Positions 47,430-58,450 of a stretch of DNA of 64,000 nt are shown here, in pieces. The stretch covers positions 928,001-992,000 of the forward strand of contig CAWCAG010000007.1 of assembly GCA_963793425.1 (NCBI GenBank), written 5' to 3'. Within the stretch, counting starts at the first letter, position 1, and every line of letters begins with the position of its first letter. Under the pieces are notes generated by a model, which saw only the letters and a list, made by a program, of their open reading frames with translations, had not been told where the DNA came from and made no database searches. This DNA comes from an uncultured cyanobacterium. Its GTDB lineage: Bacteria > Cyanobacteriota > Cyanobacteriia > Cyanobacteriales > CAWCAG01. The position numbers and the translations under genes are program-made.

Positions 47430-48245
47430 ATGAGAAAGATAAAATCTCGTATAGGTAAACTTTCCTTAGCATTATCTTTAGAATTAGCTATGGTAGCTGG
47501 TTTCTGCGCCCCACAAACACCTGCCTTTGAACCGTCTGGGGAGATCAGCACCCCCCAACGGACTCAACCAGGTGGAACCCGCGTCAGCATACCAACTCAG
47601 TGGGAACCAAATCGTTACAGACCTCCAGGTAATATTAGTCGTCCTAGACGCACTCAACAAGGAGGAACTCGTAGGGTTGAAGAAGAAGAATTTTTACTCA
47701 AAGCTATAGTACCTGAGTCTAGCCAAGGTTTTGGTACAACTAGCCAACCCTACCCAACCTTTTTGGTCTTTGTTGCTGATCTGATTGAAGAAAGGGATAC
47801 CATACCAGTAGAATTTGTCCTGATAGACGAAGATGGAAATGATGTTTATAGAGCAAGTTTCTCAATTAAAACTGAATCTCAGTTACTAAGCCTCACTCTC
47901 CCCGCCCATGCCGGAATGCCACCTTTAGAAGTAGGGAAAAACTATAGATGGTCTCTTATGCTGGTTCAAAGCGCCTTAGATTGGACACACAACCCTACAG
48001 CATCAGGTTGGGTGACAAGAGTTGAACCTTCAATTGAGTTAACTCAAGCCCTCTCTGGAGCAACTTCAGCACAGGAACAGGCAACAATTTATGCCCATGA
48101 GGAAATTTGGTACGATGCTGCGGCTACCTTAGCTCAGTTACAAAGAGAAAGTCCTCAAAATGAGGCTGTAAGTCAAGATTGGGTTAAACTCTTAAAAGCC
48201 GCAGGTTTAGAAAGTATTAGCTCGGTCAGGGTATCTTTTAATTAA
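47430..48245 (+). CDS. DUF928 protein
   Basis: GGTR twice, YPTFLVFV, PLEVGKNYRW, GWVTRV, IWYDA. Confidence 0.88.
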   Translation: MRKIKSRIGKLSLALSLELAMVAGFCAPQTPAFEPSGEISTPQRTQPGGTRVSIPTQWEPNRYRPPGNISRPRRTQQGGTRRVEEEEFLLKAIVPESSQGFGTTSQPYPTFLVFVADLIEERDTIPVEFVLIDEDGNDVYRASFSIKTESQLLSLTLPAHAGMPPLEVGKNYRWSLMLVQSALDWTHNPTASGWVTRVEPSIELTQALSGATSAQEQATIYAHEEIWYDAAATLAQLQRESPQNEAVSQDWVKLLKAAGLESISSVRVSFN

Positions 48246-48259
48246 TTCTCTTAAGGTTT

Positions 48260-50196
48260 ATGCGCTTTCTGGGCAAAGTTTTAATAGTAGCTTTAGTGAT
48301 AATTATGGCAACCTCCGCTTTAAGTAACGAGATTTTGCCAGAAGAAAACTTAATTGTGGAAGGGATTCCTCCAATTCCTGCCTCTATAGTAAAAACTGTA
48401 GAACGCTATACAGATTTTCGTTCCGCCGTCCTTGCCAGTTGGCATCCTCACCGGAAAGAAATGCTTATTTCGACGCGGTTTGGAGAAACATCTCAAGTAC
48501 ACCAGGTCAAGTCTCCTTTAGGTTATCGTCAACAGTTAACTTTTTTCCCAGAAAGAGTTTCTGGGCCAGCTATCAACCGACAGAAGGTAAATATTTTGTC
48601 TTTAGTAAGGATGCTGGAGGCAATGAGTTTCGCCAGAACTATCGCTATGATTTAGGGACAGGAGAAATCACTTTACTAACAGATGGAGAATCTCGTAATA
48701 GCGCAGGAGTTTGGTCTAATGCTGGTGACTTAATGACCTACAATTCTACTCGTCGCAATGGTACAGACGTAGACCTTTACGTTATCGATCCTGCTAATCC
48801 TGATAGCGATCGCTTGGTAGCAGAAGTTGAAGGAGGGGGTTGGTTTCCCTTAACTTGGTCGCCCAATGACCAGCAAATTTTGAGTGTTGAGTATATTTCT
48901 GTTAACGAAAGTTATCTTTGGCTTTTTGATACTCAATCAGGAGAAAAGACTCTAATTACTCCTCAAGAAGAAGAGAAAGTTTTTTACGGTAGTGCCGTTT
49001 TTAGCAAAGATGGCAAGGGTTTATATGTTGTCACGGATAAAGATTCTGAATTTTCTCGTCTGGCTTATTTAGACTTAGATACCAAAGAACATACCTTCCT
49101 TAGCCAAGGGATTGACTGGGATGTGGAAGATATGGCTCTTTCTGAAGATGGTAACCTGCTGGCTTTTATCACCAACGAAGACGGCAGCAGCGTTCTCCAT
49201 CTCCTTGATACCACCACACAACAAAAACTCCCTTTACCAGAACTTCCCGTCGGACAAATTTATTCCCTTAACTGGCATAAAAATAATCAGTATTTAGGCT
49301 TTACCCTATATTCGGCTCAATCTACTGCTGATGCCTATGCTTTGGATGTAAACACCCAAAAACTTACTCGTTGGACAAAAAGCGAAACAGGAACCCTGAA
49401 TATAGACAATTTTCCTCAAGCAGAATTAGTACGTTGGTCAAGTTTTGATCAAAAAACAATTTCTGGTTTCCTTTATCGTCCCCCAACTAAGTTTACAGGT
49501 AAGCGTCCTGTAATTATTGATATTCATGGTGGGCCAGAAGGACAGTACCAACCAGGATTTTTAGGCAGACAAAATTACTATCTCAACGAATTGGGAGTAG
49601 CGATAATTTTTCCTAATGTCAGGGGTTCTTCTGGTTATGGTAAAACTTTCTTGAAATTAGATAATGGCTTCCTGCGAGAAGATTCTGTTAAAGACATTGG
49701 CGCGTTACTAAATTGGATCGCCAACCAACCAGACTTAGATAGCGACAGAATACTGGTTTCAGGGGGCAGCTATGGGGGTTATATGTCCCTAGCTGTAGCC
49801 ACTAAATATAGCGATCGCATCAGAGCAGCTATTGATATAGTAGGCATATCTAACTTCGTGAGTTTTTTAGAAAGGACAGAAAGTTATCGCCGGGATTTAC
49901 GTCGGGTAGAATATGGCGATGAACGCGACCCTCAAATGCGCCAGTTTCTCTTAGATATTTCTCCTATTAACAATGCCGACAAGATTAAAAAACCTCTCTT
50001 CGTAGTACATGGGCAAAATGATCCTCGTGTTCCTGTTTATGAGACTCAGCAAATTGCCAAGACAGTCAAGGATAATGATGTACCGGTTTGGTATTTAGTA
50101 GCTAAGGATGAAGGACACGGCTTTGCAAAGAAGAAAAACCGAGATTATTTGTTTTACGCCACTGTGATGTTTATTAAAGAGTATTTGTTGCCCTGA
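48260..50196 (+). pseudogene. S9 prolyl oligopeptidase/acylaminoacyl peptidase with one frameshift near 48563
   Basis: Signal peptide in ORF 48260; propeller, HGGP, GGSYGG, DEGHG in ORF 48439; one extra G in GGG 48563-48565 restores RVSGASYQP. Confidence 0.8.
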
Positions 50197-50209
50197 TTGG
50201 TTACTTTTT

Positions 50210-50914
50210 ATGAAAATACTCATCGTTGAAGACGAACCAGAAATAGCCAGACTTATTGAGCAAACCTTAGAAAGAGAAGGATTTGACTGTCTTCAAGCTA
50301 GGGATGGTTTAACTGCTTTAAGTATTTTTGAGGAACAACAACCAGATTTGCTCATTTTGGATCTTATGCTTCCTGGCTTAGATGGGCTGGAAATTTGTGC
50401 CAGAATCCGCCAAAAACCTGGTCATAAAGACCCTTACATTTTGATGTTAACGGCTAAAGGAGAAGAAATAGACCGAGTTATTGGTCTTTCTACGGGGGCC
50501 GATGACTATTTAATTAAACCTTTTAGCCCCAGAGAATTAGTAGCCAGAGTCCGAGCCTTATTGCGGCGTAGTTTGCGTCAAGGGGGGCAGCCTCAACTGA
50601 TTCGTACTCAGCATTTTATCATTGACCCAGAGCAACATAAAGCGTTTCGCCAACTTGATTGTGAAGAACAAGAACTTTTAGACTTAACGACCTTAGAATT
50701 CAATCTTTTAGCCACTTTAATTAGTCAACCTGGGCGAGTTTGGAATCGCTCTCAGTTAATCGATAAGTTGTGGGGAAATGACTTTTTTGGAGATGAGCGG
50801 GTGGTAGATACTCATATTGCCCGTTTGCGTAAGAAAATTGAACCAGACCGTTCTAACTCCTATTTTATTAAAACAGTAGTTGGTATTGGTTATAAATTTG
50901 AAGATGAAATCTAA
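50210..50914 (+). CDS. OmpR-family response regulator
   Basis: ILIVEDE, LDLMLP, KPF, winged helix LTTLEF..RVVDTHIARLRKK..TVVGIGY. Confidence 0.95.
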   Translation: MKILIVEDEPEIARLIEQTLEREGFDCLQARDGLTALSIFEEQQPDLLILDLMLPGLDGLEICARIRQKPGHKDPYILMLTAKGEEIDRVIGLSTGADDYLIKPFSPRELVARVRALLRRSLRQGGQPQLIRTQHFIIDPEQHKAFRQLDCEEQELLDLTTLEFNLLATLISQPGRVWNRSQLIDKLWGNDFFGDERVVDTHIARLRKKIEPDRSNSYFIKTVVGIGYKFEDEI

Positions 50915-51312
50915 TTGGACATCAAGAAAAAAGCTCGATTTATGTCGTAAGAGAGAAAATAACCTACTTTTCTTAACAAATCTATCTAGGGGGGTATACG
51001 ACTTGTAGCATCGCCCCAGAGAATCTATGTTTGGCTGCTTAATTTCAGCATCAGCTTTTTGAGTAAGGCTCAAACCATAACTATCTTAGGAGAAAAATTT
51101 ATTTACTCAACAAAAATTACCACTTGGAACAGTCTTAAAAGCTACTCGTCTTGTCAGACTATATAATACTGAAGAGTAGCTGAAGCGTAACTTACACTCT
51201 AGAAATTGTCGTTTCTTAAACTGAGTTATTAAAGGCAAATTCTACTACTTTAATTAATATCTAAGTATCATTAAGTCATTAGGGTGTCAAACAAAACTAA
51301 CTTTTAGTTAAT

Positions 51313-52551
51313 TTGACTTCAGCAATGAAAAGCAAGCAACTGAGTTGCTACAGCCGCAGACTAACCAGTCTTGTGCTAGTAATTTTGCTAGCAAGTTGCG
51401 GTAACTCCAAATCAAAAACCGTTAATACAGTCGATCCTGCTGCTCAAGAAGATAATTCTGAGGCAGTTTTAGCTACCTCTGACCAAGAAGAGGCAGCAAC
51501 CATTAGTGAAATTCATAAAAGCCCTGTTTGGGCAAAATTGCTCAAGACCAACCAAGAAAAAGCAGCCAAGAAAAACATGATCTTAAGCTTTGGGGACACT
51601 GTACGTACCCAAGGGGAGGCTTTGGCGCAAATAGACATGAAAAGTGGCCTCGCTTTTCGCATCGGCGGAGATTCGGTTTTGACCATACAACCGGATAATA
51701 AACTTTATCTCAAAGAAGGGGAAATAATCACTTGGGTAGAACCAGGTAAACAAGTACCAGCCAAAATTGTTACCCCCAATGCCACAGCAGGTATTCGCGG
51801 TACTACGGTTTTTATTAAAACACCCAGTGATGCAAGCCAAGAAACAGAATTTTTAGCTTGGGAAGGTAGTGTTGCAGTTTCTCTTCCTAATCAGCCGGGG
51901 GAAGTATTACTTCAATCAGGGGAAGAAGTCAAAGTCAAAAAAAGTGATCAAAATATTGAGCAAATACGCCGCAGAGTACGCAAAATTCCTCGGCAAGAGT
52001 GGCTGCAACGTCGTCAGCAAAGTCGCCTGATCAATAATTTTAGTAGACCTTTACCAACTTTAGCAAAAATCGACGGAACAGCACCAGCACAACCAAAAGA
52101 TACAGCACCAATTCCCAGAAGCAATCCACAGCCACGAGTTAGTCCTGAAGAATCATTGATTCGTAGAGGAGGGAGTAGAAATGAGAGCAGAAATAGCGAA
52201 ATTCCCCCAGTAGAAGCTAAAACTTCTCCGACACCTGCTCAATCAAGACCTGCCACACCTGAGCCTAAACCTCGTCCAATTACCACAGTAACTCCGTTTA
52301 AACCAGAAAAGCCGCGACCAGAAACAACTGTAGAGTTGACCCCAACACCTGGTAAGGAAGAGCCTTCATCGGAAAAAGAAACAAATTCAATTCCGATTAA
52401 CTCAATTTATTGCTGGATTGAGACTAACAATTCAGAAAATACTCAGGTGGAAGAGCAAGCCGGAATTGAACATTTAATTTGTCCAGCTAAATCTACGAAA
52501 GTTGAAACTAAATCTCAAAATGAGACTCCCCCCCTCTCCTACATCTACTGA
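51313..52551 (+). CDS. FecR-domain lipoprotein with Pro-rich tail
   Basis: Lipobox LLASC; GDTVRT, IVTPNATAGIRGT, WEGSV. Confidence 0.8.
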   Translation: MTSAMKSKQLSCYSRRLTSLVLVILLASCGNSKSKTVNTVDPAAQEDNSEAVLATSDQEEAATISEIHKSPVWAKLLKTNQEKAAKKNMILSFGDTVRTQGEALAQIDMKSGLAFRIGGDSVLTIQPDNKLYLKEGEIITWVEPGKQVPAKIVTPNATAGIRGTTVFIKTPSDASQETEFLAWEGSVAVSLPNQPGEVLLQSGEEVKVKKSDQNIEQIRRRVRKIPRQEWLQRRQQSRLINNFSRPLPTLAKIDGTAPAQPKDTAPIPRSNPQPRVSPEESLIRRGGSRNESRNSEIPPVEAKTSPTPAQSRPATPEPKPRPITTVTPFKPEKPRPETTVELTPTPGKEEPSSEKETNSIPINSIYCWIETNNSENTQVEEQAGIEHLICPAKSTKVETKSQNETPPLSYIY

Positions 52552-52590
52552 AGATAAATAACTAATTCCAACCACTAACTAAGTTAATTA

Positions 52591-54633
52591 ATGGAGTTTA
52601 GTCAACCCCAAAACAACAAGCGCCCTCCTCTCAAAAAGAAACAAAATCGTCCCACAGCCACCACTCAGCAAAGGATTTTCATCGCTATTTGGCGTTGGTT
52701 AAATTTGACAAGATTGAGTTACCTTTTTGTCTGCTGGTGGTCAATTTCTGGCGCGATCGCCACAGGATTAGATTTCCCGGTTGTACAACAAATAGAAAAA
52801 CAAGCTCAAGTTTTCTTTTTTAAGCTTCGAGGCCCCTTAGAACCTCCCAATGAGATTGTTATTCTTGATATTGATCAATCTTCTTTAGATCAAGGGAAAT
52901 TTTATCAAGCAGAACCAGAACTTTACCCGGAACTAGAACCTCTACAAGCTTGGCCTTGGAAGCGTACAGCCTATGCTGAAGCGATTACTAAAGTTATGGA
53001 AGCAGGGGCCAAAGCAGTTGCTGTGGATGTGATTCTCGACTTACCAAGTAGTTATGGGCAGGAAGACGATCTAAACTTACAACAGGTTTTACAAGAATAT
53101 GGCGATCGCATTATCTTAGCAGCCCATTATGAAGAAAATGAAGGACAAGGGGTTGCCCAAAGAACTTTATCTAAACCCGATGCTATTTTTCAAACTACTC
53201 CTGATAATTTGGGCTTAATTAATTATTGGTATGAAGCAGATGGTAGAGTTCACCGCTTAGCTACAGAATATAATGAACAGGTTTTGGCTCCTTGGGGTTT
53301 AGGTGAAGGAATACTTTCTTTTGCAGAAGCAACCTTGCAAGCAGCCAATATTGAGTTTGAGCAACCTCAAGGTCAATATATTGATTACTATGGCCCTCCT
53401 AATACTTTTAACCACGTACCCTTTTGGAATGTCCTTTATTCCCGCAATTGGCAGTTTCACTCCTCAAACCAAACTTTCAAAGACAAAATTGTCCTCATTG
53501 GTGCTACAGCCCCTACCTTAGAAGACTTCAAACGCACTCCCTTTACAGAAAATATGCCGGGGATAGAAGTTCATGCTAATGCGATCACAACTTTAATGAC
53601 AGGGAGTGTGATCGCAGAAGCTTTACCCTCTCCTCGTGCTAAGGGGCTTCTTGTTTTGTTAGGAGTTGCTGGGACAGGAGTTTTGCTAGTTAAGTCTCTT
53701 AAAAAACCTGTCTTAACTTTAGCAGGAGCTTTAGCTGGGGCTATTGTTTGGGGAGGCATTAGTTATCTTTGTTTTACCTATGCCAGTTTAATACTTCCTA
53801 CGGCTGTACCAACTGTTGCTCTTACCCTGACAGGGGTGTCTTGTTTGGCCGTAGGGGCGCTGAAAGCACAAATTGAAAGGTTACGCCTCTATCAAACTTT
53901 GGGACGCTATGTGGCTGCCCCTATCGTTAATGAAATCCTTACCCATCACTCCGACGACTTTCGAGAGCTTCTTAAGGGTAAAAAAATTAAAGCGGCGATC
54001 CTTTTTTCTGATATTCGCAGTTTTACCACCATGTCCCTCAAATTAGAACCAGAGGAACTAGTGGAAAAACTCAACACCTACCTTAACGCAATGGTGGAAG
54101 CCATTTTAGCAGAAGGAGGAACCTTGGATAAGTTCATCGGCGATGCTGTGATGGCTGAATTTGGTTCCCCCATTTCCAGGGGCGCAAAAGAAGATGCGAT
54201 GAATGCTGTACGCGCTGCGTTGAAGATGCGCGAAGCCTTGGCAGAGTTGCATAAGAGGTGGGAAGCAGAAGGGGAGGAGTTATTTTTTAATGGTATTGGA
54301 ATTAATTATGGGGAAGTGATTGCCGGAGATATTGGCTCTTCTACTCGGCGAGAATATGCAGTAATCGGCGATACAGTTAATGTTGCTAGTCGAGTAGAAG
54401 GATTAACAGGAAAACTTTGGGTTGATATCCTCATTACTGATTCTCTTTACGAACTCGTCAAAGAAGAAGTTCAAGTTATTCCTATGGGAGAACATCAATT
54501 AAAAGGAAGAGGAAAAAATAAGGTTAAACTCTATAGCTTAGTGGGGATGAAAGATGATGATATTTCTCTTTACCTCCATTTCCGTGATGAACTTCGCCAT
54601 CGTTTTGGTTATCAGCAAAGAAGTAGTAGCTAA
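52591..54633 (+). CDS. CHASE2 adenylate/guanylate cyclase
   Basis: WPWKR, GAKAVAVD, KIVLIGA, MPGIEVHAN; FSDIRSFT, DKFIGDAVMA, GDTVNVASRVE. Confidence 0.93.
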   Translation: MEFSQPQNNKRPPLKKKQNRPTATTQQRIFIAIWRWLNLTRLSYLFVCWWSISGAIATGLDFPVVQQIEKQAQVFFFKLRGPLEPPNEIVILDIDQSSLDQGKFYQAEPELYPELEPLQAWPWKRTAYAEAITKVMEAGAKAVAVDVILDLPSSYGQEDDLNLQQVLQEYGDRIILAAHYEENEGQGVAQRTLSKPDAIFQTTPDNLGLINYWYEADGRVHRLATEYNEQVLAPWGLGEGILSFAEATLQAANIEFEQPQGQYIDYYGPPNTFNHVPFWNVLYSRNWQFHSSNQTFKDKIVLIGATAPTLEDFKRTPFTENMPGIEVHANAITTLMTGSVIAEALPSPRAKGLLVLLGVAGTGVLLVKSLKKPVLTLAGALAGAIVWGGISYLCFTYASLILPTAVPTVALTLTGVSCLAVGALKAQIERLRLYQTLGRYVAAPIVNEILTHHSDDFRELLKGKKIKAAILFSDIRSFTTMSLKLEPEELVEKLNTYLNAMVEAILAEGGTLDKFIGDAVMAEFGSPISRGAKEDAMNAVRAALKMREALAELHKRWEAEGEELFFNGIGINYGEVIAGDIGSSTRREYAVIGDTVNVASRVEGLTGKLWVDILITDSLYELVKEEVQVIPMGEHQLKGRGKNKVKLYSLVGMKDDDISLYLHFRDELRHRFGYQQRSSS

Positions 54634-55192
54634 TTGCTACTTGCTAATGGCTAATAGTGACCAACTTCTTTCTTATCAGCGACAGGAAAATGAGAAATTT
54701 TAGCCAAAACCACTACATTCATCACAATAGCAGCAATTCTTTCTAGGTCTTGACTAGGATAGCTTTCTGCCCTAACTAAGGTCACGAGAGTTTGTTAAGG
54801 CTTTGTGTAGAAATGTAACAATTAACGATCCCTATTAAGAAACATGGCGGTTTCTTGACTTAATAGCTAAGCTGTGAGAGAAGTTACAAATTACTGAGTA
54901 TTTGTACCCACCGAGGAGGAAGTATGCCTAAATCAATTTTGGTTCTTCATTTGTTTTATTGATTGCAACTTTGCCTAAAAGCTGTTTAACACTACCCAAC
55001 GACTAAACAGTTTTTTGCTGCTCTGTGTGGTTCCCCTATCCAATAATTATTCCCAGATTTCAGTCTGAATTTATCTGTTCAACCCAAGCCGCTTTTCGTC
55101 TTACTAAGGACATTTCCCTAAAAATGCTAGTACAGCTAAACATTTGCTGGCATTAAACCAAGAGTGAGACATCAAAAAATGGAGGTCTTGAT

Positions 55193-55963
55193 ATGACGCA
55201 ACTTAAAGGAAAAACTGCTTTGATTACCGGTGCTTCCCGTGGCATTGGGCGTGCGATCGCCCTTGAGTTAGCCCAGCAAGGTATGAAGCGTTTGTTATTG
55301 GTAGCTCGCGACGCTACTAAATTAGCTGAATTAGCCAGAGAAATTGAAACTCTTGATTTAGAAGTAGTAATTCTTAGCCTAGACTTAACTCAACCCATTG
55401 CTGTTCACACAACCCTGGCCAAAGCTTGGCGAGACTTTGGTCCTATCGATTTACTGGTCAACTGTGCAGGTGTTGCCCACCAAACCCCCTTCTTGCAATC
55501 TAAGCTTCCTCAATTACACGAGGAAATCTCCCTCAACCTGATGGGAACTTACACAATTACTCGCTCGGTGGCTAAACGCATGGCTGCCCGCAAAGAAGGG
55601 ACAATTGTTAATGTTTCTAGCTTGATGGGTAAGGTTGCCGCACCAACAATGTCAACCTACTCAGCTACTAAATTTGCTCTTTTAGGCTTCACCAAAGCTT
55701 TGCGAAGTGAATTAGCAACTCACCACATCAAAGTTGTCGCTTTGTTACCCTCTTTAACAGATACGGATATGGCAAGAAAACTGAAGTTATTCCGTTGGGT
55801 AAAACCGATGACTTCTCAACAGGTAGCCAAGGCACTTATTACCGGACTACATAAGGACTCCTCAGAAATTTTAGTTGGCTGGCAAAGTTATTTAGCGGTG
55901 TGGTGTGAATTCTTTGCTCCCTGGTTGATGGAGAAGGTTTTACTGTTAGCAGCCCCTCTTTAA
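55193..55963 (+). CDS. Classical SDR oxidoreductase
   Basis: TGASRGIG, VNCAG, YSATK. Confidence 0.93.
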   Translation: MTQLKGKTALITGASRGIGRAIALELAQQGMKRLLLVARDATKLAELAREIETLDLEVVILSLDLTQPIAVHTTLAKAWRDFGPIDLLVNCAGVAHQTPFLQSKLPQLHEEISLNLMGTYTITRSVAKRMAARKEGTIVNVSSLMGKVAAPTMSTYSATKFALLGFTKALRSELATHHIKVVALLPSLTDTDMARKLKLFRWVKPMTSQQVAKALITGLHKDSSEILVGWQSYLAVWCEFFAPWLMEKVLLLAAPL

Positions 55964-56217
55964 GGGCTTAGGCTTATGGATAATTGATAATTATGAATTC
56001 ATAATTATCAATTATTGAACTGTTTGTTTAGCAACTTTCCCTAAATTTAATTAGCAAACAATTTGGAAAATAAGAAGTCGTTAGTCAGTTGAATCAATAA
56101 TGAAGTAGACATGAACTCATGAACTAATGTAATAGTAGAATTCCAGAAAACGTGCTATTTTTTTAAATAAATAGGGGTATACCTAGTTTAAGAAAAAACA
56201 AAAGTATTCATGTATAA

Positions 56218-56706
56218 GTGGAACTAAATTACAGAAAAAAAGAGTTTAGCCATGCCTACGTTCAAGCGGTAGCTTCAACCGCAGGATATTCATTTCACAA
56301 AGTAGCTAGGGCAGACAATACAGAGGAGTATGAAATATTAATTTCTGGTTCAACACCACAAGAAAAACAAAAGCCTCCGCAACTCAAAATCCAGGTTAGA
56401 CCTTTATCTGAGGAAACCATTAGAGGTGAATTTATTAAATATTCCCTTAAGCAAGAAACGTATAATCAATCACGCCTAGAGAATCCCCCCATACCCCGTC
56501 TGATGGTTTTTGTCTTGGTTTCTGATAATTTAGAAGAATGGGTTTATCAATCAGAAACAGAACTCTGTTTAAGACATCGTGCTTATTGGTTATCTCTTAA
56601 AGGAATGCCAGAAACTCAAGATAGCGAGAATGTCACCATCTATTTTCCTCGGCAACAAATTTTCTCAGTAGAAACTCTAAAAATGTTTATGGAACCAACA
56701 AAGTGA
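56218..56706 (+). CDS. DUF4365-like protein
   Basis: KEFSHAYVQAVASTAGY, LKIQVR, CLRHRAYWLSLKG. Confidence 0.75.
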   Translation: MELNYRKKEFSHAYVQAVASTAGYSFHKVARADNTEEYEILISGSTPQEKQKPPQLKIQVRPLSEETIRGEFIKYSLKQETYNQSRLENPPIPRLMVFVLVSDNLEEWVYQSETELCLRHRAYWLSLKGMPETQDSENVTIYFPRQQIFSVETLKMFMEPTK

Positions 56707-56745
56707 TACCAAATCCTGTTTAAGTAGCATAAGTTATCGGTGAGG

Positions 56746-56773
56746 GTAGGGAGTAGGGAGTAGGGAGTAGGGA
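56746..56773. repeat. Heptamer tandem repeat (TAGGGAG)n, STRR-like
   Basis: About four units; related arrays at ~44331-44358 (TTCCCCAG) and ~28945-29005 (CTAACAA). Confidence 0.75.
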
Positions 56774-56850
56774 GAAGGCCGCAGGCAGTAGGGTTTGAAA
56801 ACTTTTTTGAATTTTGTGTTTTGTTTTTAATAACCGGATTTGGAGTGAGT

Positions 56851-58026
56851 CTAATTTTGCCAATATTTGTAAGCTGCATAGGCTAAAGTAACCACCCCGG
56901 TAACAATAGCTGCCTCGTCAACTTCAAACTGAGGATGATGAAGAGGATAATTGGGCTGATTTTTTTTGCCAACCCCTAAGCGGAACATGATACCAGGCAA
57001 CTTATCTAAATAAACAGAAAAATCTTCTGCTCCTAAAGAAGGTTCACTAATAATTTGGACGTGATCACTACCCCATGCTTCTCTAGCTGCGGTTTCAACA
57101 ATTTGCGTTAATACTCCATCATTTTGTACTGAAGGTACACCTCGACGGTAGTTAAGTTTGTAACTAGCCCCGTAGGTGTTGCACACACTGGCAACAATAT
57201 TTTCAATCCACTGGGGTAACTCTGCATGGGTATCTCGGTGGAGCGATCGCACAGTTCCTAACATTTTTACTTGATCAGCAATAATATTAGGCGCTCTTCC
57301 TCCTTCTATTTTACCAATAGTTAGTACCACAGGATGCAAAGGGTTATGGGTACGGCTAATCGCCTGTTGTAAGTTGGTTATTACTTGGGCCGCAATCCAA
57401 ATGGCATCAACAGCTTCGTGGGGACGGGCCCCATGGCCAGATTCTCCTTGAATGTAGATTTCGAGATCATCTGCTGCCGCAGTTAAGGAACCATAGCGAA
57501 TGCCCACAGAACGAGCAGGAATGGAAGGAAAGACATGAACCCCAAAAATTGCTTCCACCCCATCAACTGCACCGTCTTGCACCATCCAAGCCGCACCCTG
57601 AGCAATTTCTTCAGCAGGTTGAAAGAGAAAGCGCATATTTCCTGGTAAAGTTTCTCCTAATTGCGACAATACCATTGCTGTTCCTAAGCCCAAGGTCGTA
57701 TGAACATCGTGGCCACAAGCGTGCATGATTCCTGGTTGACGAGAAGCAAATTCTAGGTTAGTACGTTCTTGGATTGGTAAAGCATCCATATCGGTGCGAA
57801 TAGCGAGGGTTCGTTGTGGGTTACTCTCCCCCGGCAAATTTCCTATTACGCCAGTTTTGCCGACGGATTCTTTGACATGAATACCACAGGAAGATAATAC
57901 TCCGGCTACATAAGCAGCAGTTTGATATTCTTCACCGCTTAATTCCGGATGGGCATGAATATGTCGCCGAATCTCAATTAATCTTGGTGCTAAATTTTCT
58001 GTTAATTCTTTAATACGAGTAAGCAT
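56851..58026 (-). CDS. M20 amidohydrolase (N-acyl-L-amino acid amidohydrolase)
   Basis: HPELSGEE, RTDMDALP, MHACGHDVH, FQPAEE, GAEDF; start at ATG 58026. Confidence 0.93.
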   Translation of the reverse strand: MLTRIKELTENLAPRLIEIRRHIHAHPELSGEEYQTAAYVAGVLSSCGIHVKESVGKTGVIGNLPGESNPQRTLAIRTDMDALPIQERTNLEFASRQPGIMHACGHDVHTTLGLGTAMVLSQLGETLPGNMRFLFQPAEEIAQGAAWMVQDGAVDGVEAIFGVHVFPSIPARSVGIRYGSLTAAADDLEIYIQGESGHGARPHEAVDAIWIAAQVITNLQQAISRTHNPLHPVVLTIGKIEGGRAPNIIADQVKMLGTVRSLHRDTHAELPQWIENIVASVCNTYGASYKLNYRRGVPSVQNDGVLTQIVETAAREAWGSDHVQIISEPSLGAEDFSVYLDKLPGIMFRLGVGKKNQPNYPLHHPQFEVDEAAIVTGVVTLAYAAYKYWQN

Positions 58027-58171
58027 GGCAAACTTGATAAGCTTTAAGTATTTGTTATCAGTTAATATTATCTTGCTTAACTCAATTGATTTTTGTACCA
58101 ATTCTTGCAAAGTTAAGCTATTGAACAGCTAGTTAGATAAACCAAAATCCCTAATTGAAGAGGAAAATTTT

Positions 58172-58396
58172 ATGCCCCATACAATTGTTACAGAAACCTG
58201 CGAAGGCGTTACGGATTGCGTTGATGCTTGTCCGGTGGCTTGCATTCATCCAGGACCAGGTAAAAATGTTAAAGGTACTGATTGGTATTGGATTGATTTT
58301 GCCACTTGTATAGATTGTGGTATTTGTTTACAAGTTTGCCCTGTGGAAGGGGCAATTATTCCAGAGGAAAAACCTCAACTTCAGAAGACTCCCTAG
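58172..58396 (+). CDS. Dicluster bacterial-type ferredoxin
   Basis: CEGVTDCVDACP, CIDCGICLQVCP. Confidence 0.93.
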   Translation: MPHTIVTETCEGVTDCVDACPVACIHPGPGKNVKGTDWYWIDFATCIDCGICLQVCPVEGAIIPEEKPQLQKTP

Positions 58397-58450
58397 GGGA
58401 GAGGGGGAGAAAACTGTTCCCCATACATATTCAATTTCAATAATAAATGT

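Noticed and set aside
50756..51073. 105-aa minus-strand ORF
   Set aside because: Overlaps the response regulator antisense and has no recognisable motif.
55193..55963. hetN-like patterning SDR
   Set aside because: No RGSGR pentapeptide; the equivalent position reads RKEGT.
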